Part shown: positions 37,891 through 48,583 of the stretch, in pieces | Layout: each line of letters opens with the position of its first letter | Numbering within the stretch: the stretch's first letter is position 1 | Source: Nitrospirota bacterium | GTDB lineage: Bacteria > Nitrospirota > UBA9217 | Direction: 5' to 3' | Assembly: GCA_963845065.1 (NCBI GenBank) | Contig: CAWJQQ010000001.1 | Location: forward strand, 704,001 to 768,000 | DNA length: 64,000 nt | Program-made: the position numbers and the translations under genes | The notes under the pieces: generated by a model | The model's input: the letters and a program-made list of their open reading frames with translations, nothing else | The model's database searches: none | What the model was told of the DNA's origin: nothing

Positions 37891-37966
37891 GCGGGCGTAG
37901 CTCAGTTGGTAGAGTACAAGCTTCCCAAGCTTGGGGTCGCGGGTTCGAGACCCGTCGCCCGCTCCA
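37891..37966 (+). tRNA. tRNA-Gly (anticodon CCC)
   Basis: 76-nt cloverleaf GCGGGCG...CGCCCGC-T-CCA, D loop AGTTGGTA, anticodon stem CAAGC-TTCCCAA-GCTTG, and GTTCGAG T loop. Confidence 0.97.
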
Positions 37967-37996
37967 TTTTTGCACTACTATTTTTCACGCACGAAT

Positions 37997-38030
37997 GACC
38001 CCTGCCTGATACAACAGGTAGGGTTTTTTT
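37997..38030 (+). terminator. Terminator after tRNA-Gly
   Basis: ccctgcctg-atacaa-caggtaggg followed by a T run. Confidence 0.7.
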
Positions 38031-38051
38031 GTCTATGACCGATGCGTCGTT

Positions 38052-38573
38052 ATGACTCATAAACTTTATTTCATAACCGGAGGGGCCCGATCGGGAAAGT
38101 CTTCTTTTGCAGAGAAGCTGGCTCTCGACATGACCGGCAAACGAGCTTATATCGCCACTGCACAAGCCCTCGACGCCGAGATGTCAGACAGGATCGAGAA
38201 GCATCGGATAAAACGCGGAAATTCCTGGGACACTTTCGAGGAACCTCTGGCCGTGGCTGAACTCCTGCGAAAGTTTACGAACCGGTACCAGATTGTGCTC
38301 CTCGATTGCCTCACGCTCTGGTTGGGCAATGTCATGGCCCACACCGATGAGGACGGAGCTGTTGCCATGCGTTCGGACGAGTTGGTGAAAGCTGCCCAGG
38401 ACTTCGAAGGCGTGTGCATTGTTGTATCGAACGAAGTCGGGCTTGGTATCGTTCCCGAAAATCCGCTTGCAAGGAAATATCGTGATTTTGCCGGTCTCCT
38501 GAATCAGAAAGTAGCGCAAGCGTCGGATAAAGTGTATTTTACGGTGTCGGGAATTCCGTTGAAGATAAAGTGA
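38052..38573 (+). CDS. cobU: Adenosylcobinamide kinase/guanylyltransferase
   Basis: GGARSGKS, YIATA, LLDCLTLW and VSNEVGLGIVP. Confidence 0.96.
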   Translation: MTHKLYFITGGARSGKSSFAEKLALDMTGKRAYIATAQALDAEMSDRIEKHRIKRGNSWDTFEEPLAVAELLRKFTNRYQIVLLDCLTLWLGNVMAHTDEDGAVAMRSDELVKAAQDFEGVCIVVSNEVGLGIVPENPLARKYRDFAGLLNQKVAQASDKVYFTVSGIPLKIK

Positions 38574-38728
38574 TATGCTTATTGAATACGAGTAAGAATC
38601 GTTACGGCAACCCCAGACTTCCGCATGTGCAAGGGATAGCTGCGGCTGACGAGATGAATCTTCGGACGCAGATGTACGCTACATAGTCAGATCAAGACAG
38701 AGAGCAAAAAAATGAGGGGACAAAAGAC

Positions 38729-39799
38729 GTGGGAAGATTGCAGGATCTAATAAACAAAATTCAGCCCGTTGATGCTTCACGAGCCAATGCGATACAGGCC
38801 CAACTTGACAACTTGACGAAACCACAGGGGAGCCTTGGCAGGCTCGAAGAGCTTGCTAAAAAATATTGTCTAATCACCGGGAGAGACAAACCGCGTATCA
38901 AAAATAAAATTATCTTTACGTTTGCCGGCGACCACGGTGTGACCGAAGAGAGCGTGAGTGCTTTCCCGAAAGAAGTGACGGCACAGATGGTATTGAATTT
39001 TATCCGAGGTGGAGCAGGGGTGAACGTACTCGCGAAGCACGTGGGAGCACGGGTGATTGTTGTTGACATGGGCGTCGACTACGACTTCGAGCCCATGGAA
39101 GGGCTCGAGATCCGGAAGATCGCTCGCGGGACGAGGAACATGGCCTTGGGCCCGGTCATGACGCGTGATGAGGCGGAGCGTGCTGTGCTCGCTGGAATTG
39201 AGCTGGTCAAAAAGTATAAAGACGGACTCGACCTGCTCGGTACCGGAGATATGGGCATCGGCAACACGACCCCGTCATCGGCAATTGCCTGCGTCATCAC
39301 CGGAGCTGATCCGGACAAGGTGACAGGTCGTGGCACCGGCATCAGCGACCAATCGTTGCGCAATAAGGTCGCCATTATCAAGAGGGCAATCATCGTGAAC
39401 AAACCTGATCCCAAAGATGCACTCGATGTGCTGGCCAAGGTCGGCGGTTACGAAATTGGCGGCATCGCGGGTCTTGTACTCGGTGCTGCGTTGTACAAGA
39501 TCCCGGTTGTCGTTGATGGGTTTATCTCCACGGCTGGCGCTCTCATCGCTGCGGAATTGAACCCTCTGGTGAAGGGTTATATCATCGCTGCACACCAGTC
39601 CGTCGAGATCGGTCACCGCAAGATGCTTGAGCACCTGGAGCAGGTGCCGCTCCTCGATCTGAACCTAAGACTCGGTGAAGGCACTGGCGCTGCGCTAGGA
39701 ATGTCGATCGTAGAAGCCGGTGTAAAAATTCTTGGAGAGATGGCCACCTTTGCCGGTGCCGGTGTGGCTGAGAAAAACGGAGAAGCTGTAAAAAAATAG
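38729..39799 (+). CDS. cobT: Nicotinate-nucleotide-dimethylbenzimidazole phosphoribosyltransferase
   Basis: [31 protein letters not shown] and RLGEGTGA. Confidence 0.96.
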   Translation: MGRLQDLINKIQPVDASRANAIQAQLDNLTKPQGSLGRLEELAKKYCLITGRDKPRIKNKIIFTFAGDHGVTEESVSAFPKEVTAQMVLNFIRGGAGVNVLAKHVGARVIVVDMGVDYDFEPMEGLEIRKIARGTRNMALGPVMTRDEAERAVLAGIELVKKYKDGLDLLGTGDMGIGNTTPSSAIACVITGADPDKVTGRGTGISDQSLRNKVAIIKRAIIVNKPDPKDALDVLAKVGGYEIGGIAGLVLGAALYKIPVVVDGFISTAGALIAAELNPLVKGYIIAAHQSVEIGHRKMLEHLEQVPLLDLNLRLGEGTGAALGMSIVEAGVKILGEMATFAGAGVAEKNGEAVKK

Positions 39800-39967
39800 A
39801 GGCCATTTCTCCAAGCCCAGTCAATCAAGGACCAAAACTGTAATACTTCAGGTTATCACCAAATCGGGACGGCTCAGCTGAGTTTTCAACAAAGCCTTAT
39901 CATCGAAATACGGGTTTTGTTAATCGTTCTTCTATTAGGATTAAAATTCCCTCAGATTGATCGAACT

Positions 39968-40738
39968 ATGATTAAAAATTTTATAACCGCATTGCAGTTT
40001 CTCACTGCAGTTACCGTAAAGAAGGATCACCCTATTGAGGAAGGTGACTTGGCGAAATCCATGGTCTATTTTCCGCTTATTGGCTTCCTGATAGGTGTCA
40101 TTCTGGTCTACGCGGACAAAGTATTCACTTTCATTGTACTGCCTCAAAACATCGCGAACCTGTTGCTTATCGTGATCATGCTCCTCGTTACGCGTGCCCT
40201 CCATATTGACGGCTTGGCGGACACGCTCGACGGTCTCATGGGAGGTCATGATGACACGACCCGGCTTGCGATCATGAAGGATAGCAGGCTTGGGACTGCC
40301 GGCGTGCTCGGCATCGTCTGTGTCCTCTCCCTGAAATATCTGAGTCTTAACGACCTGTATAATAGCGATAAGATAGTAGCGCTACTGACGGCGCCGGCAC
40401 TCGCCCGCTGGTCGCAAACGTTCATGGCGTTTGGCACGAACTACGGCCGCGAACACGGCATGGGAAAAGCATTTGTCGGACATCTCAGAACCAACAGCTT
40501 TGCCGTGGTTTCCTCTATAGCCGTGGGCCTGACGGCATTCGTTATAGTACGTGGGGATGTCAGGTCCGTAGTGCTTTTCTTTAGTCTGATCGTCGGTGTC
40601 GTACTGATAAGTTACCTAGGAAGACGGTATCTGGTTCGAAAGCTCGGCGGAATTACGGGTGATGCTATCGGAGCCATAAGTGAACTGAACGAAGTGTTAG
40701 TGTTTCTTATCTTCATAATTTTTTCGAACGGAAGCTAG
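39968..40738 (+). CDS. cobS: Cobalamin 5'-phosphate synthase
   Basis: ALQFLT, LHIDGLADTLDG, IMKDSRLG and GGITGDAIGA. Confidence 0.96.
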   Translation: MIKNFITALQFLTAVTVKKDHPIEEGDLAKSMVYFPLIGFLIGVILVYADKVFTFIVLPQNIANLLLIVIMLLVTRALHIDGLADTLDGLMGGHDDTTRLAIMKDSRLGTAGVLGIVCVLSLKYLSLNDLYNSDKIVALLTAPALARWSQTFMAFGTNYGREHGMGKAFVGHLRTNSFAVVSSIAVGLTAFVIVRGDVRSVVLFFSLIVGVVLISYLGRRYLVRKLGGITGDAIGAISELNEVLVFLIFIIFSNGS

Positions 40739-40742
40739 CACT

Positions 40743-41339
40743 ATGGAGACCAAGGTCTACCTAATGCGCCACGGAGAAGTGGCGAACAGTGGCGAGAAAC
40801 GATACAACGGCCACATCGATATTGATATAACAGAAAACGGTGTTCAGCAAATGCATCGGCTTGCGGGCCTGCTTGAAGGTAAGAACATTTCGTCGGTCTA
40901 TTCCAGCGATCTCATTCGCTCAATGAAAGGCGCAGATATTATTTCTCGACGAATTGGGAAATCGTACACATCTGTGCCCGAACTGCGGGAGCGGAGCGTG
41001 GGTGCATGGGAAGGTTTGACTGCAGCAGAGATCAAGGCCCGTTTCCCCGACGAATATCTTCTTTGGCGTGGCGATCTTTTGAACTACCGGCCGCCGGGTG
41101 GGGAATGTCTTCTTGATGTCAAGGACCGGATCTTACCTGTTTTCAAGAACTTGATGTCATCACATCCCGGGCAGGAGATTGCCATGCTGCTCCACGGTGG
41201 CGTGAACCGCGTGATCCTGGCCGATGCTCTCGGTCTGGACATGAGGAATATGTTCCGGGTTGATCAGTCGTACGGCGCTCTGAACGTCATCGACTACTTT
41301 GACGACGGCATGGCCATCGTCAGGCTTTTGAACGGCTGA
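40743..41339 (+). CDS. cobC: Alpha-ribazole phosphatase (histidine phosphatase family)
   Basis: RHGE, SSDL.R, GAWEG and HGG motifs, in cob operon context. Confidence 0.88.
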   Translation: METKVYLMRHGEVANSGEKRYNGHIDIDITENGVQQMHRLAGLLEGKNISSVYSSDLIRSMKGADIISRRIGKSYTSVPELRERSVGAWEGLTAAEIKARFPDEYLLWRGDLLNYRPPGGECLLDVKDRILPVFKNLMSSHPGQEIAMLLHGGVNRVILADALGLDMRNMFRVDQSYGALNVIDYFDDGMAIVRLLNG

Positions 41340-41415
41340 ACCTGTATATATAATCATTAAAGTCTCGTAAGGAATGGAGATCTCACAAATCTTTCATGAT
41401 CAAGGGAGAGCAAAT

Positions 41416-41622
41416 ATGACGACAAAAATAATTCTTAGAATGCTATTTCTTATAATAGGCGAGGAGCTTGCCTTTAGCGGGACATAAGGCGAAGGACAGG
41501 CGATACTGGGGGAGGACACTACGATGTCCCAGGGCAAGGCCACGGCCTTGAACAACGCTCGCAGGGATGCACTTGAGAAAGCGACCGGAATAGAGGTGCG
41601 TGGTTCATCGGGAGGAATGTGA
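41416..41622 (+). pseudogene. Truncated exported-protein gene fragment (FlgT N-terminal-like)
   Basis: MTTKIILRML...SGT*GEGQA...ALNNARRDALEKATGIEVRGSS, with an internal stop and an abrupt end. Confidence 0.45.
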
Positions 41623-41649
41623 TCGAGAAGAATGTTCGCTAGAAAATAA

Positions 41650-41678
41650 TTGACTTTATGCATATCTTGCCGTATTGT
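41650..41678 (+). promoter_or_regulatory. Sigma70-type promoter of the thi operon
   Basis: TTGACT-17-TATTGT just before the TPP aptamer. Confidence 0.55.
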
Positions 41679-41687
41679 AAACACACC

Positions 41688-41773
41688 GAATGCTGGGGGA
41701 GCCGAGAGGCTGAGAGTCCTGAGAGGACGACCCTTAGAACCTGATCCGGGTAGTACCGGCGTAGGGAAGGCGA
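41688..41773 (+). ncRNA. TPP riboswitch (THI element)
   Basis: GGGGGAGCC...GGCTGAGA...GACCCTTAGAACCTGATCCGGGTAGTACCGGCGTAGGGAAG upstream of thiS. Confidence 0.95.
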
Positions 41774-41799
41774 GAATATCATTATCGAAGACCTTTCGA

Positions 41800-41828
41800 G
41801 CCGTATCCTGACCGGATACGGTTTTTTA
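41800..41828 (+). terminator. Terminator of the TPP riboswitch expression platform
   Basis: agccgtatcc-tgacc-ggatacggtt plus a T run. Confidence 0.85.
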
Positions 41829-41906
41829 TTTTTGAGAAGCGAAGCCAAAAACAAGAACATCGAGAAAGGGAAAAGATACTCCTAGGGGTTCGCTGTAAAA
41901 AAAAAC

Positions 41907-42155
41907 ATGAAGATAACACTGAATGGAGAAAAAAAGGAAGTCCTTGATAACATTACAGTCCATGGCCTTCTAGAGATTCTGGACATACAGCACCAGCGTG
42001 TGGCAGTAGAATTGAATGAGACGATTGTGAAAAAAGATACATACGGCACTACGACGATCAAGGATGGTGATGCACTTGAAGTGGTCAGTTTTATGGGGGG
42101 TGGGATGATCAACGCCGATAGTTTTGCGTTTAGAGAAAATACGAGGAGTATATAA
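41907..42155 (+). CDS. thiS: Sulfur carrier ThiS with a 16-aa extension after GGG
   Basis: MKITLNGE...VAVELN..IV...DGDALEVVSFMGGG. Confidence 0.92.
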   Translation: MKITLNGEKKEVLDNITVHGLLEILDIQHQRVAVELNETIVKKDTYGTTTIKDGDALEVVSFMGGGMINADSFAFRENTRSI

Positions 42156-42158
42156 GAA

Positions 42159-42938
42159 ATGAATGACGACAAGCTCGTAATCGCAGGTATTGAATTCCAG
42201 TCGCGTCTTTGGGTCGGCACTGGTAAGTACAAGGACTTTACTGAGACGAGAAAAGCCATTGAGGCGTCCGGCACTGATGTGGTTACAGTGTCCGTACGCC
42301 GGGTGAATATTATCGATAAAAACAAAGAAAACCTGCTAGATTATATCGATCCAAAGAAGTACAAAATCCTGCCAAATACCGCAGGATGCTATACTGCCAA
42401 GGACGCAATTCGTACTGCTATGTTGGCGGCGGAGGCCGGAATCTCAAAGCTCGTGAAGCTCGAAGTGATCGGCGATGATAGAACCCTCTTTCCAGACAAC
42501 GAGGCGACGCTCGAGGCAGCAAAGGTGTTGGTCAAAGAGGGGCTTATCGTATTGCCCTATATAGGTGATGATCCCATCATGGCGAAGAAGCTTGTGGACA
42601 TTGGATGCCCAGCGGTCATGCCGCTTGCCGCTCCCATCGGCTCAGGCCTAGGCATACGGAACCCCTTCAACATCCGGATCATCATGGAAGCCATAAAGGT
42701 GCCTGTGGTTGTCGACGCAGGCGTCGGAACTGCCTCGGATGTTGCACTGGCTATGGAACTTGGCTGTGACGCTGTTCTCCTCAATACGGCGATTGCCGGG
42801 GCCAAGGATCCCATCGCGATGGCCGAGGCCATGAAGTACGGTGTGCTCGGTGGCAGGCTTGCGTACAAGGCAGGGCGGATACCGAAAAAGCTTTACGCCA
42901 CAGCGAGCAGTCCAATTGAAGGATTGATTGGAAGCTAA
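42159..42938 (+). CDS. thiG: Thiazole synthase
   Basis: [30 protein letters not shown] and VDAGVG. Confidence 0.97.
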   Translation: MNDDKLVIAGIEFQSRLWVGTGKYKDFTETRKAIEASGTDVVTVSVRRVNIIDKNKENLLDYIDPKKYKILPNTAGCYTAKDAIRTAMLAAEAGISKLVKLEVIGDDRTLFPDNEATLEAAKVLVKEGLIVLPYIGDDPIMAKKLVDIGCPAVMPLAAPIGSGLGIRNPFNIRIIMEAIKVPVVVDAGVGTASDVALAMELGCDAVLLNTAIAGAKDPIAMAEAMKYGVLGGRLAYKAGRIPKKLYATASSPIEGLIGS

Positions 42939-43093
42939 ATCAATTATTGCTAGAGAGACACTGAGGCACAGCGCAGGTTAAGGACTTTCGAAGCAGATGG
43001 AAACTGAGTGATCTTTGGAATTTCAGGATTCCATATTATAACCTCATATTCTAGTACCTTTCACATCTCAGTGACTCCAGGGTGGAGGTTTTC

Positions 43094-43750
43094 TTGCCCG
43101 TTGATTTCAAACTTTACCTGATTACCGATAGGATGCAGACAGCAATGCCGCTTCCCGATGCTGTACGGCTTGCACTTCAAGGTGGTGTCCGGAGTATCCA
43201 GCTTCGGGAGAAGGATCTGTCGATACGGGAACTGCTTGCCCTCTCGCAGGAACTAAGGGTGCTCACAAAAGAGTTCGGTGCAAAGCTTTTCATCAATGAC
43301 CATGTGGATGTTGCCGTTGCTGTTGAGGCGGACGGAGTCCACCTCGGACATCAAAGTATGCCAACACCAGCGGTCAGACATATAATCGGCAAAAAGATGA
43401 TGATTGGTGTATCAACGCACAATATTGAAGAAGCGCGCATCGCTGAATATGACGGCGCTGATTTTGTGACTTTCGGCCCAATTTATGAAACCCCATCAAA
43501 AATTCAAATTAGTGAGCCAGTGGGATTGGAAGCTCTAAGAAGTGTAAAAAAAATGATAGATATACCGATTTTCGCCTTAGGTGGGATAAAAGGCAAAAAC
43601 ATAGGCCATGTTTTATGGGCAGGGGCATATGGCGTTTCCATGATATCTGCTATTTTCGGTGCACAGGATATACGGAAGGCTGCAAAGAATATTACCGCAA
43701 TGGTCCAAATCGTCGACAGGTCGATTTGTGTTCAGTGTGGTCGCAGGTAA
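43094..43750 (+). CDS. thiE: Thiamine-phosphate synthase
   Basis: LYLITD, QLREK, IND, DGVHLG, STH, TPSK and ALGGI. TTG start follows GGAGG. Confidence 0.92.
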   Translation: MPVDFKLYLITDRMQTAMPLPDAVRLALQGGVRSIQLREKDLSIRELLALSQELRVLTKEFGAKLFINDHVDVAVAVEADGVHLGHQSMPTPAVRHIIGKKMMIGVSTHNIEEARIAEYDGADFVTFGPIYETPSKIQISEPVGLEALRSVKKMIDIPIFALGGIKGKNIGHVLWAGAYGVSMISAIFGAQDIRKAAKNITAMVQIVDRSICVQCGRR

Positions 43751-43798
43751 TGAAAATACAGAGTGCCATAAGGAATCAGGAGCTAAACGAGGTGCAGA

Positions 43799-45118
43799 AT
43801 GACTCAGATACTTGAAGCCCGAAAAGGAAATATCACCCCCGAGATGGAGGCCGTGGCACGCGCCGAGGGTGTTACGCTTGATCATGTTGCCAACGGGGTA
43901 GCAAAGGGCACTATCGTCATCACCAGGAACAACCGACACACGTCTATCACACCGCTAGGCGTTGGAAAGGGACTCAGGACCAAAATCAACGCCAACATCG
44001 GGACCTCTAAGGATCGGATGTCTATTGAAGGTGAGATCGAGAAGCTGAAAACAGCCGTTGCCGCAGGCGCTGATGCCGTCATGGACCTCTCGACAGGCGG
44101 ACCTATTGTCGGTATACGCAAGGAGATTTTGAAGCAATCCACGGTCTCCATAGGTACCGTGCCGATCTATCAGGCTGCAGTCGAGACCGTTGAACAGGGT
44201 AAGCCTATCGTCCAGATGGACCCCGACTTCCTGTTCCGAGTGATTGAGCAGCAGGCAGAAGAAGGTGTGGATTTTATTACCGTGCACTGCGGCGTCACTA
44301 CATCAAGCCTAGAGCGGCTTAAAAAACAGGGCAGAATCATGGACGTTGTCAGCCGGGGAGGTGCTTTTCACATAGAATGGATCATATATAATGATATGGA
44401 AAACCCGTTATTCACTCAGTATGACCGGTTGATCGAGATCGCAAAAAGATACGATGTGACGTTATCGCTCGGCGACGGCATGCGGCCGGGGTGTCTTGCC
44501 GACGCTACGGACCGAGCCCAGATTGAAGAGCTGATCACGCTCGGAGAACTGCGTGACATCGCCCATGAGGCAGGAGTGCAAGTGATGATTGAGGGGCCTG
44601 GCCATGTGCCGATCAACCATATCGAGACGAACATGAAGATCCAGAAGGAACTCTGTAAAGGCGCACCATTCTACGTGCTTGGACCGCTCGTGACCGACGT
44701 GGCTCCCGGTTATGACCATATAACCTCCGCCATCGGTGGGGCCATTGCGGGCGCGGCTGGCGCTGATTTCCTCTGCTATGTAACGCCATCCGAACATCTA
44801 CGGTTGCCGGACCTTGATGATGTACGAGAAGGAGTTATCGCTTCCCGGATTGCGGCCCATGCTGCGGATATTGCCAAGGGTGTGAAAGGTGCAATGGATT
44901 GGGACAATGAAATGGCACGGCGGCGCAAGGCGCTTGATTGGAAAGGCCAGATCGAGCTGTCAGTTAATCCCGAACGAGCGCGAAAACTGCGCGAATCGAG
45001 CATGCCGAAAGAATCCGATGTCTGTACCATGTGCGGCGAGTTTTGTTCTATGAAGGGCATGTCGCAGTACCTAAAGAAAGAAGAGAGTGGTCGTAAAACA
45101 GAAGTCAGAAAACCGTAG
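43799..45118 (+). CDS. thiC: Phosphomethylpyrimidine synthase
   Basis: KINANIGTS, MDLSTGG, GTVPIYQ, VSRGG, EGPGH, YVTPSEH and CTMCG.FC. Confidence 0.98.
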   Translation: MTQILEARKGNITPEMEAVARAEGVTLDHVANGVAKGTIVITRNNRHTSITPLGVGKGLRTKINANIGTSKDRMSIEGEIEKLKTAVAAGADAVMDLSTGGPIVGIRKEILKQSTVSIGTVPIYQAAVETVEQGKPIVQMDPDFLFRVIEQQAEEGVDFITVHCGVTTSSLERLKKQGRIMDVVSRGGAFHIEWIIYNDMENPLFTQYDRLIEIAKRYDVTLSLGDGMRPGCLADATDRAQIEELITLGELRDIAHEAGVQVMIEGPGHVPINHIETNMKIQKELCKGAPFYVLGPLVTDVAPGYDHITSAIGGAIAGAAGADFLCYVTPSEHLRLPDLDDVREGVIASRIAAHAADIAKGVKGAMDWDNEMARRRKALDWKGQIELSVNPERARKLRESSMPKESDVCTMCGEFCSMKGMSQYLKKEESGRKTEVRKP

Positions 45119-45147
45119 GACAATACCTATCTACGTGAGGTACCAAA

Positions 45148-45999
45148 ATGGATAGATTCAAGACAATCTTTATTCTCACAGCGATTTTATGCCTGCCATA
45201 CATTGTTCATGCGCAGGGAAATACACTTAAGCCTGAGATTATAGTTGAACCGACGACACCCGCACCGGGTGATCTTTTTGTCGTCACGGTCAAAAACTTC
45301 AGAGGGCCGCTTGAAGGGAAATTTAACGGGAAGAAAATTTATTTTAATCCTTCAAAAGAAACGCTCAAGGCAATTATTGCAGTCGATTACTTTACTGAAC
45401 CCGGAAAATACGATTTGGAAATTTCTTCACATGGGGCTGATTTTAAACAGATGGTGGAGGTTATCAAGAAAGAATATGAGGTCCAGCAGTTGACCCTTCC
45501 CAAGCACATGGTGGAACTATCCGCCAAGGACGAGGCGCGCGCCGAACGGGACCAGCGCAAAATGGAGGCTATTTGGCCTATCGAAACCAGTCGTTCATGG
45601 ACGGGGGATTTTATCAATCCCCTTAAAGGCGAGATTATAACGCCCTTTGGCGTCCGACGAATAATCAATAAAATTCCGAAGAGCCCACACTCCGGTGTAG
45701 ACGTCAGAGGGCATAAGGGTGATAAAATAATCGCGCCGAACAATGCTACCGTGGCCCTGATCGACAAACAGTTCTTCGCCGGCAAAGCGCTGGTGCTAAA
45801 CCACGGCCAGGGCATCTATACCATGTTCTTTCATCTCTCCAAGGTTCTTGTCAAACTAGGACAGTCAGTCAAAAAAGGTGATGTCATTGCGCTTGTGGGT
45901 GCCACGGGCCGCGCCACGGGACCGCACCTGCATTGGGGAGTACGCGTGCAGGGAGCTCGTGTTGATCCGTTGGAACTGATTCATCTGAAGTTGGAATGA
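45148..45999 (+). CDS. Exported M23-family metallopeptidase
   Basis: Signal peptide, HSGVD and TGPHLHW. Confidence 0.92.
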   Translation: MDRFKTIFILTAILCLPYIVHAQGNTLKPEIIVEPTTPAPGDLFVVTVKNFRGPLEGKFNGKKIYFNPSKETLKAIIAVDYFTEPGKYDLEISSHGADFKQMVEVIKKEYEVQQLTLPKHMVELSAKDEARAERDQRKMEAIWPIETSRSWTGDFINPLKGEIITPFGVRRIINKIPKSPHSGVDVRGHKGDKIIAPNNATVALIDKQFFAGKALVLNHGQGIYTMFFHLSKVLVKLGQSVKKGDVIALVGATGRATGPHLHWGVRVQGARVDPLELIHLKLE

Positions 46000-46072
46000 G
46001 ACAGGGCTTACCACTCAGATGAGAAGACGCTCCACAAAATCATAGTGGTCTAGGTAGTGGAAAAAAAAGAGC

Positions 46073-46840
46073 ATGAGAAAAGTCCTCTCCATAGCCGGTT
46101 CAGACCCTTCATCCGGTGCAGGCATCCAGTCTGACCTGAAAACATTCCAGGCCCTCCATGTTTTCGGGATGGCCTTGCCTGCCGCGCTAACGATTCAGAA
46201 CAGTCGGGGTGTCTACGGTGTTAAAAGCATAGCTCCGGACATCCTGTTAAAACAGCTTGACACCCTCCTTGCCGATATCAAGCCAGATGCAGTAAAGACC
46301 GGCATGCTCTTGACCAAACAGAATGTTGAAGTCGTTGCAACGGCCATCAAGAAATTTTCGATCAAAGGCCTCGTGGTTGATCCTGTGCTGAAATCAAGCT
46401 CAGGCAAACCCCTGCTTCAGCGTGCAGCTATTACATCACTCATTGGAAAACTATTTCCTCTGGCGATGATCGTTACGCCGAATATTCCCGAGGCAGAAGC
46501 TTTGGCAGGAATGGCGATAACTTCGGAAGGGGACAGGGATTACGCAGCAGGACGTATCCTTGATACGGGACCGGCATATGTCCTCATAAAAGGCGGCCAC
46601 CGCATCGGTCCGGCAGCTGACATGCTTTATGGAGGCAAATTTGTGCTCAGCTTTTCCACATCACGAAAGAGAGGCAAGTTTCATGGGACGGGGTGTGTTC
46701 TTTCCTCAGCAATAGCGGTGTTCATTGCTATGGGATTGCCTGTGGAAAAGGCTGTGGAGAAAGCAAAACAGTTTGTGGATAAGATGTTGAAAACCGCAGA
46801 ACCACTGGGAAGGAGTAAGATGAAATACTTTCAGTTCTAA
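46073..46840 (+). CDS. thiD: Hydroxymethylpyrimidine/phosphomethylpyrimidine kinase
   Basis: IAGSDPSSGAGIQSD, KTGML, VDPV, TPNIPEA and HGTGC. Confidence 0.96.
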   Translation: MRKVLSIAGSDPSSGAGIQSDLKTFQALHVFGMALPAALTIQNSRGVYGVKSIAPDILLKQLDTLLADIKPDAVKTGMLLTKQNVEVVATAIKKFSIKGLVVDPVLKSSSGKPLLQRAAITSLIGKLFPLAMIVTPNIPEAEALAGMAITSEGDRDYAAGRILDTGPAYVLIKGGHRIGPAADMLYGGKFVLSFSTSRKRGKFHGTGCVLSSAIAVFIAMGLPVEKAVEKAKQFVDKMLKTAEPLGRSKMKYFQF

Positions 46841-47012
46841 TTTTCTACCACTGAAGCAACGAGAAAATCTTTTGACATGGATTTCGCCGATTATTGATGA
46901 TGAATCGGCAATGATAAAATCAATTATTGTTTAACTCTGTCATCGTTTAGCTATCCTATATGTCCTTTGCGTCTTAGCGGGCAAATTGACTTGTTCATGG
47001 GGGGGTATCTAC

Positions 47013-47720
47013 ATGCGCGTAGATGGTAGGAAGACGGACGAGCTCCGCAAACTGACGATAAGACGGAACTATATTAAATCCGCCGAAGGCGCAGTGCTGA
47101 TCGAGATGGGCGACACCAAGGTCATCTGTACGGCAACGGTGGATAATTCTGTTCCGTCCTTTCTTCGAGGCAAAGGCACAGGCTGGGTGACCGCTGAATA
47201 CGCAATGTTGCCGCGCTCCTCTCCTCAGCGTATCCAGCGCGAACGGAGCAAGGTGGGCGGTCGCACGCATGAGATTCAACGGCTCATTGGTAGATCACTC
47301 CGTTCTGTCGTGGATATGACCGCACTTGGAGAACGCTCGGTGCTGATTGACTGCGATGTGGTCCAGGCTGACGGCGGAACGCGGACAGCATCGATCACGG
47401 GAGCATACGTTGCATTGGTGGATGCACTCCGTCATATCCAGAAACAGGGACTGATCGAAGCTGTCCCGGTAATTGACTATCTTGCTGCGATCAGCGTCGG
47501 TATCGTGGACGGAAAACCAATGCTCGATCTTTGCTATGAAGAGGACTCGACCGCGGAGGTTGATATGAATCTGGTCATGACGGGCAAAGGCGGAGTTGTG
47601 GAACTGCAGGGCACGGCGGAAGGCAAGCCGTTCTCGAAAAATGAGCTGAGTAAGCTCCTGACCCTCGGAGAGAAAGGAATCAAGGAGCTGGTAGAGAAGC
47701 AGAAAGTCCTGCTCAAATGA
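47013..47720 (+). CDS. rph: Ribonuclease PH
   Basis: [26 protein letters not shown] and [13 protein letters not shown]. Confidence 0.97.
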   Translation: MRVDGRKTDELRKLTIRRNYIKSAEGAVLIEMGDTKVICTATVDNSVPSFLRGKGTGWVTAEYAMLPRSSPQRIQRERSKVGGRTHEIQRLIGRSLRSVVDMTALGERSVLIDCDVVQADGGTRTASITGAYVALVDALRHIQKQGLIEAVPVIDYLAAISVGIVDGKPMLDLCYEEDSTAEVDMNLVMTGKGGVVELQGTAEGKPFSKNELSKLLTLGEKGIKELVEKQKVLLK

Positions 47721-48274
47721 TGGCGCTTCTCACATCAATGGTGATTGTGTTTCTCGCAGAGATTGGCGGCAAGACGCAGCTCTTGGCTATGGCCCTTAAT
47801 TAGAGGTTTCGCCGGCAGACGGTCATGCCTGGCGTTTTCGTTGCGATCACCCTGAAGCATCTCGTCGCCGTGTATGTTGGTAATTATCTCACGAATATCA
47901 TTCCACTTCACTTCATCAAGATCTCTGCAGCAGTGTCATTCCTCATCGTCGGTCTTTGGACCATCAAATGCGACAGGCTTGAGGAAAAGACCAATCGATT
48001 CAACTTTAGTTCATTTTGGAGTGTGACGATAGCGTTCTTTCTAGCCGAAATGGCGGACAATACCCAGCTCGCTACGGTTAAGCTTGTTGCCGAGTTCAAC
48101 TCCGTAGTCCCTGTATAGGCCGGGACCACGATGGGAATGTTTGTTGCTGACGGTGTTGGGATCATCGTCGGCATCCTTCTGCACAAAGCGTTGCCGGGAA
48201 AACTGATTAAGTGGTTTAAGGCGCTGGTTCATCGCCTTGGTGTGTGGGGACTATATGTTTCGGTGACTTTATGA
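47717..48274 (+). pseudogene. UPF0016/TMEM165/GDT1 Mn/Ca transporter pseudogene
   Basis: Two decayed ExGDKTQ motifs (EIGGKTQ and EMADNTQ) with premature stops and a frameshift. Confidence 0.8.
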
Positions 48275-48374
48275 TGTGCGAAATGACTCGGTTGTTAATA
48301 TCTGATTTAAAAAACCTCATCTCTCACCATTCCTCTATATTTATGGAAATGAATACCGGATTTCATGTTTCCGC

Positions 48375-48403
48375 TTGACAAATAAAGCCCCAGGGCTTAA
48401 TGT
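48375..48403 (+). promoter_or_regulatory. Sigma70-type promoter upstream of the IclR-family gene
   Basis: TTGACA-17-TAATGT. Confidence 0.5.
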
Positions 48404-48583
48404 TAAACAACTGTTTTAAAATATCAAAAACAATCTTTCCATAAGTAAACAAAGACTTGTATGACTATCTGGTCTTTGCTTCTTATACTATTCAGGTGTG
48501 GTTGCAGAAGTGTTATAAATCCAATGAGAGTGACAAGCCGGGTAGTTAAATAATTTTAGCACGATCATAAGTGAATACTATTT

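Noticed and set aside
37967..38728. Cobalamin riboswitch before cobU or cobT, or an island integrated at tRNA-Gly
   Set aside because: No B12-box motifs were seen, and there is no integrase or duplicated tRNA 3' end in the window.
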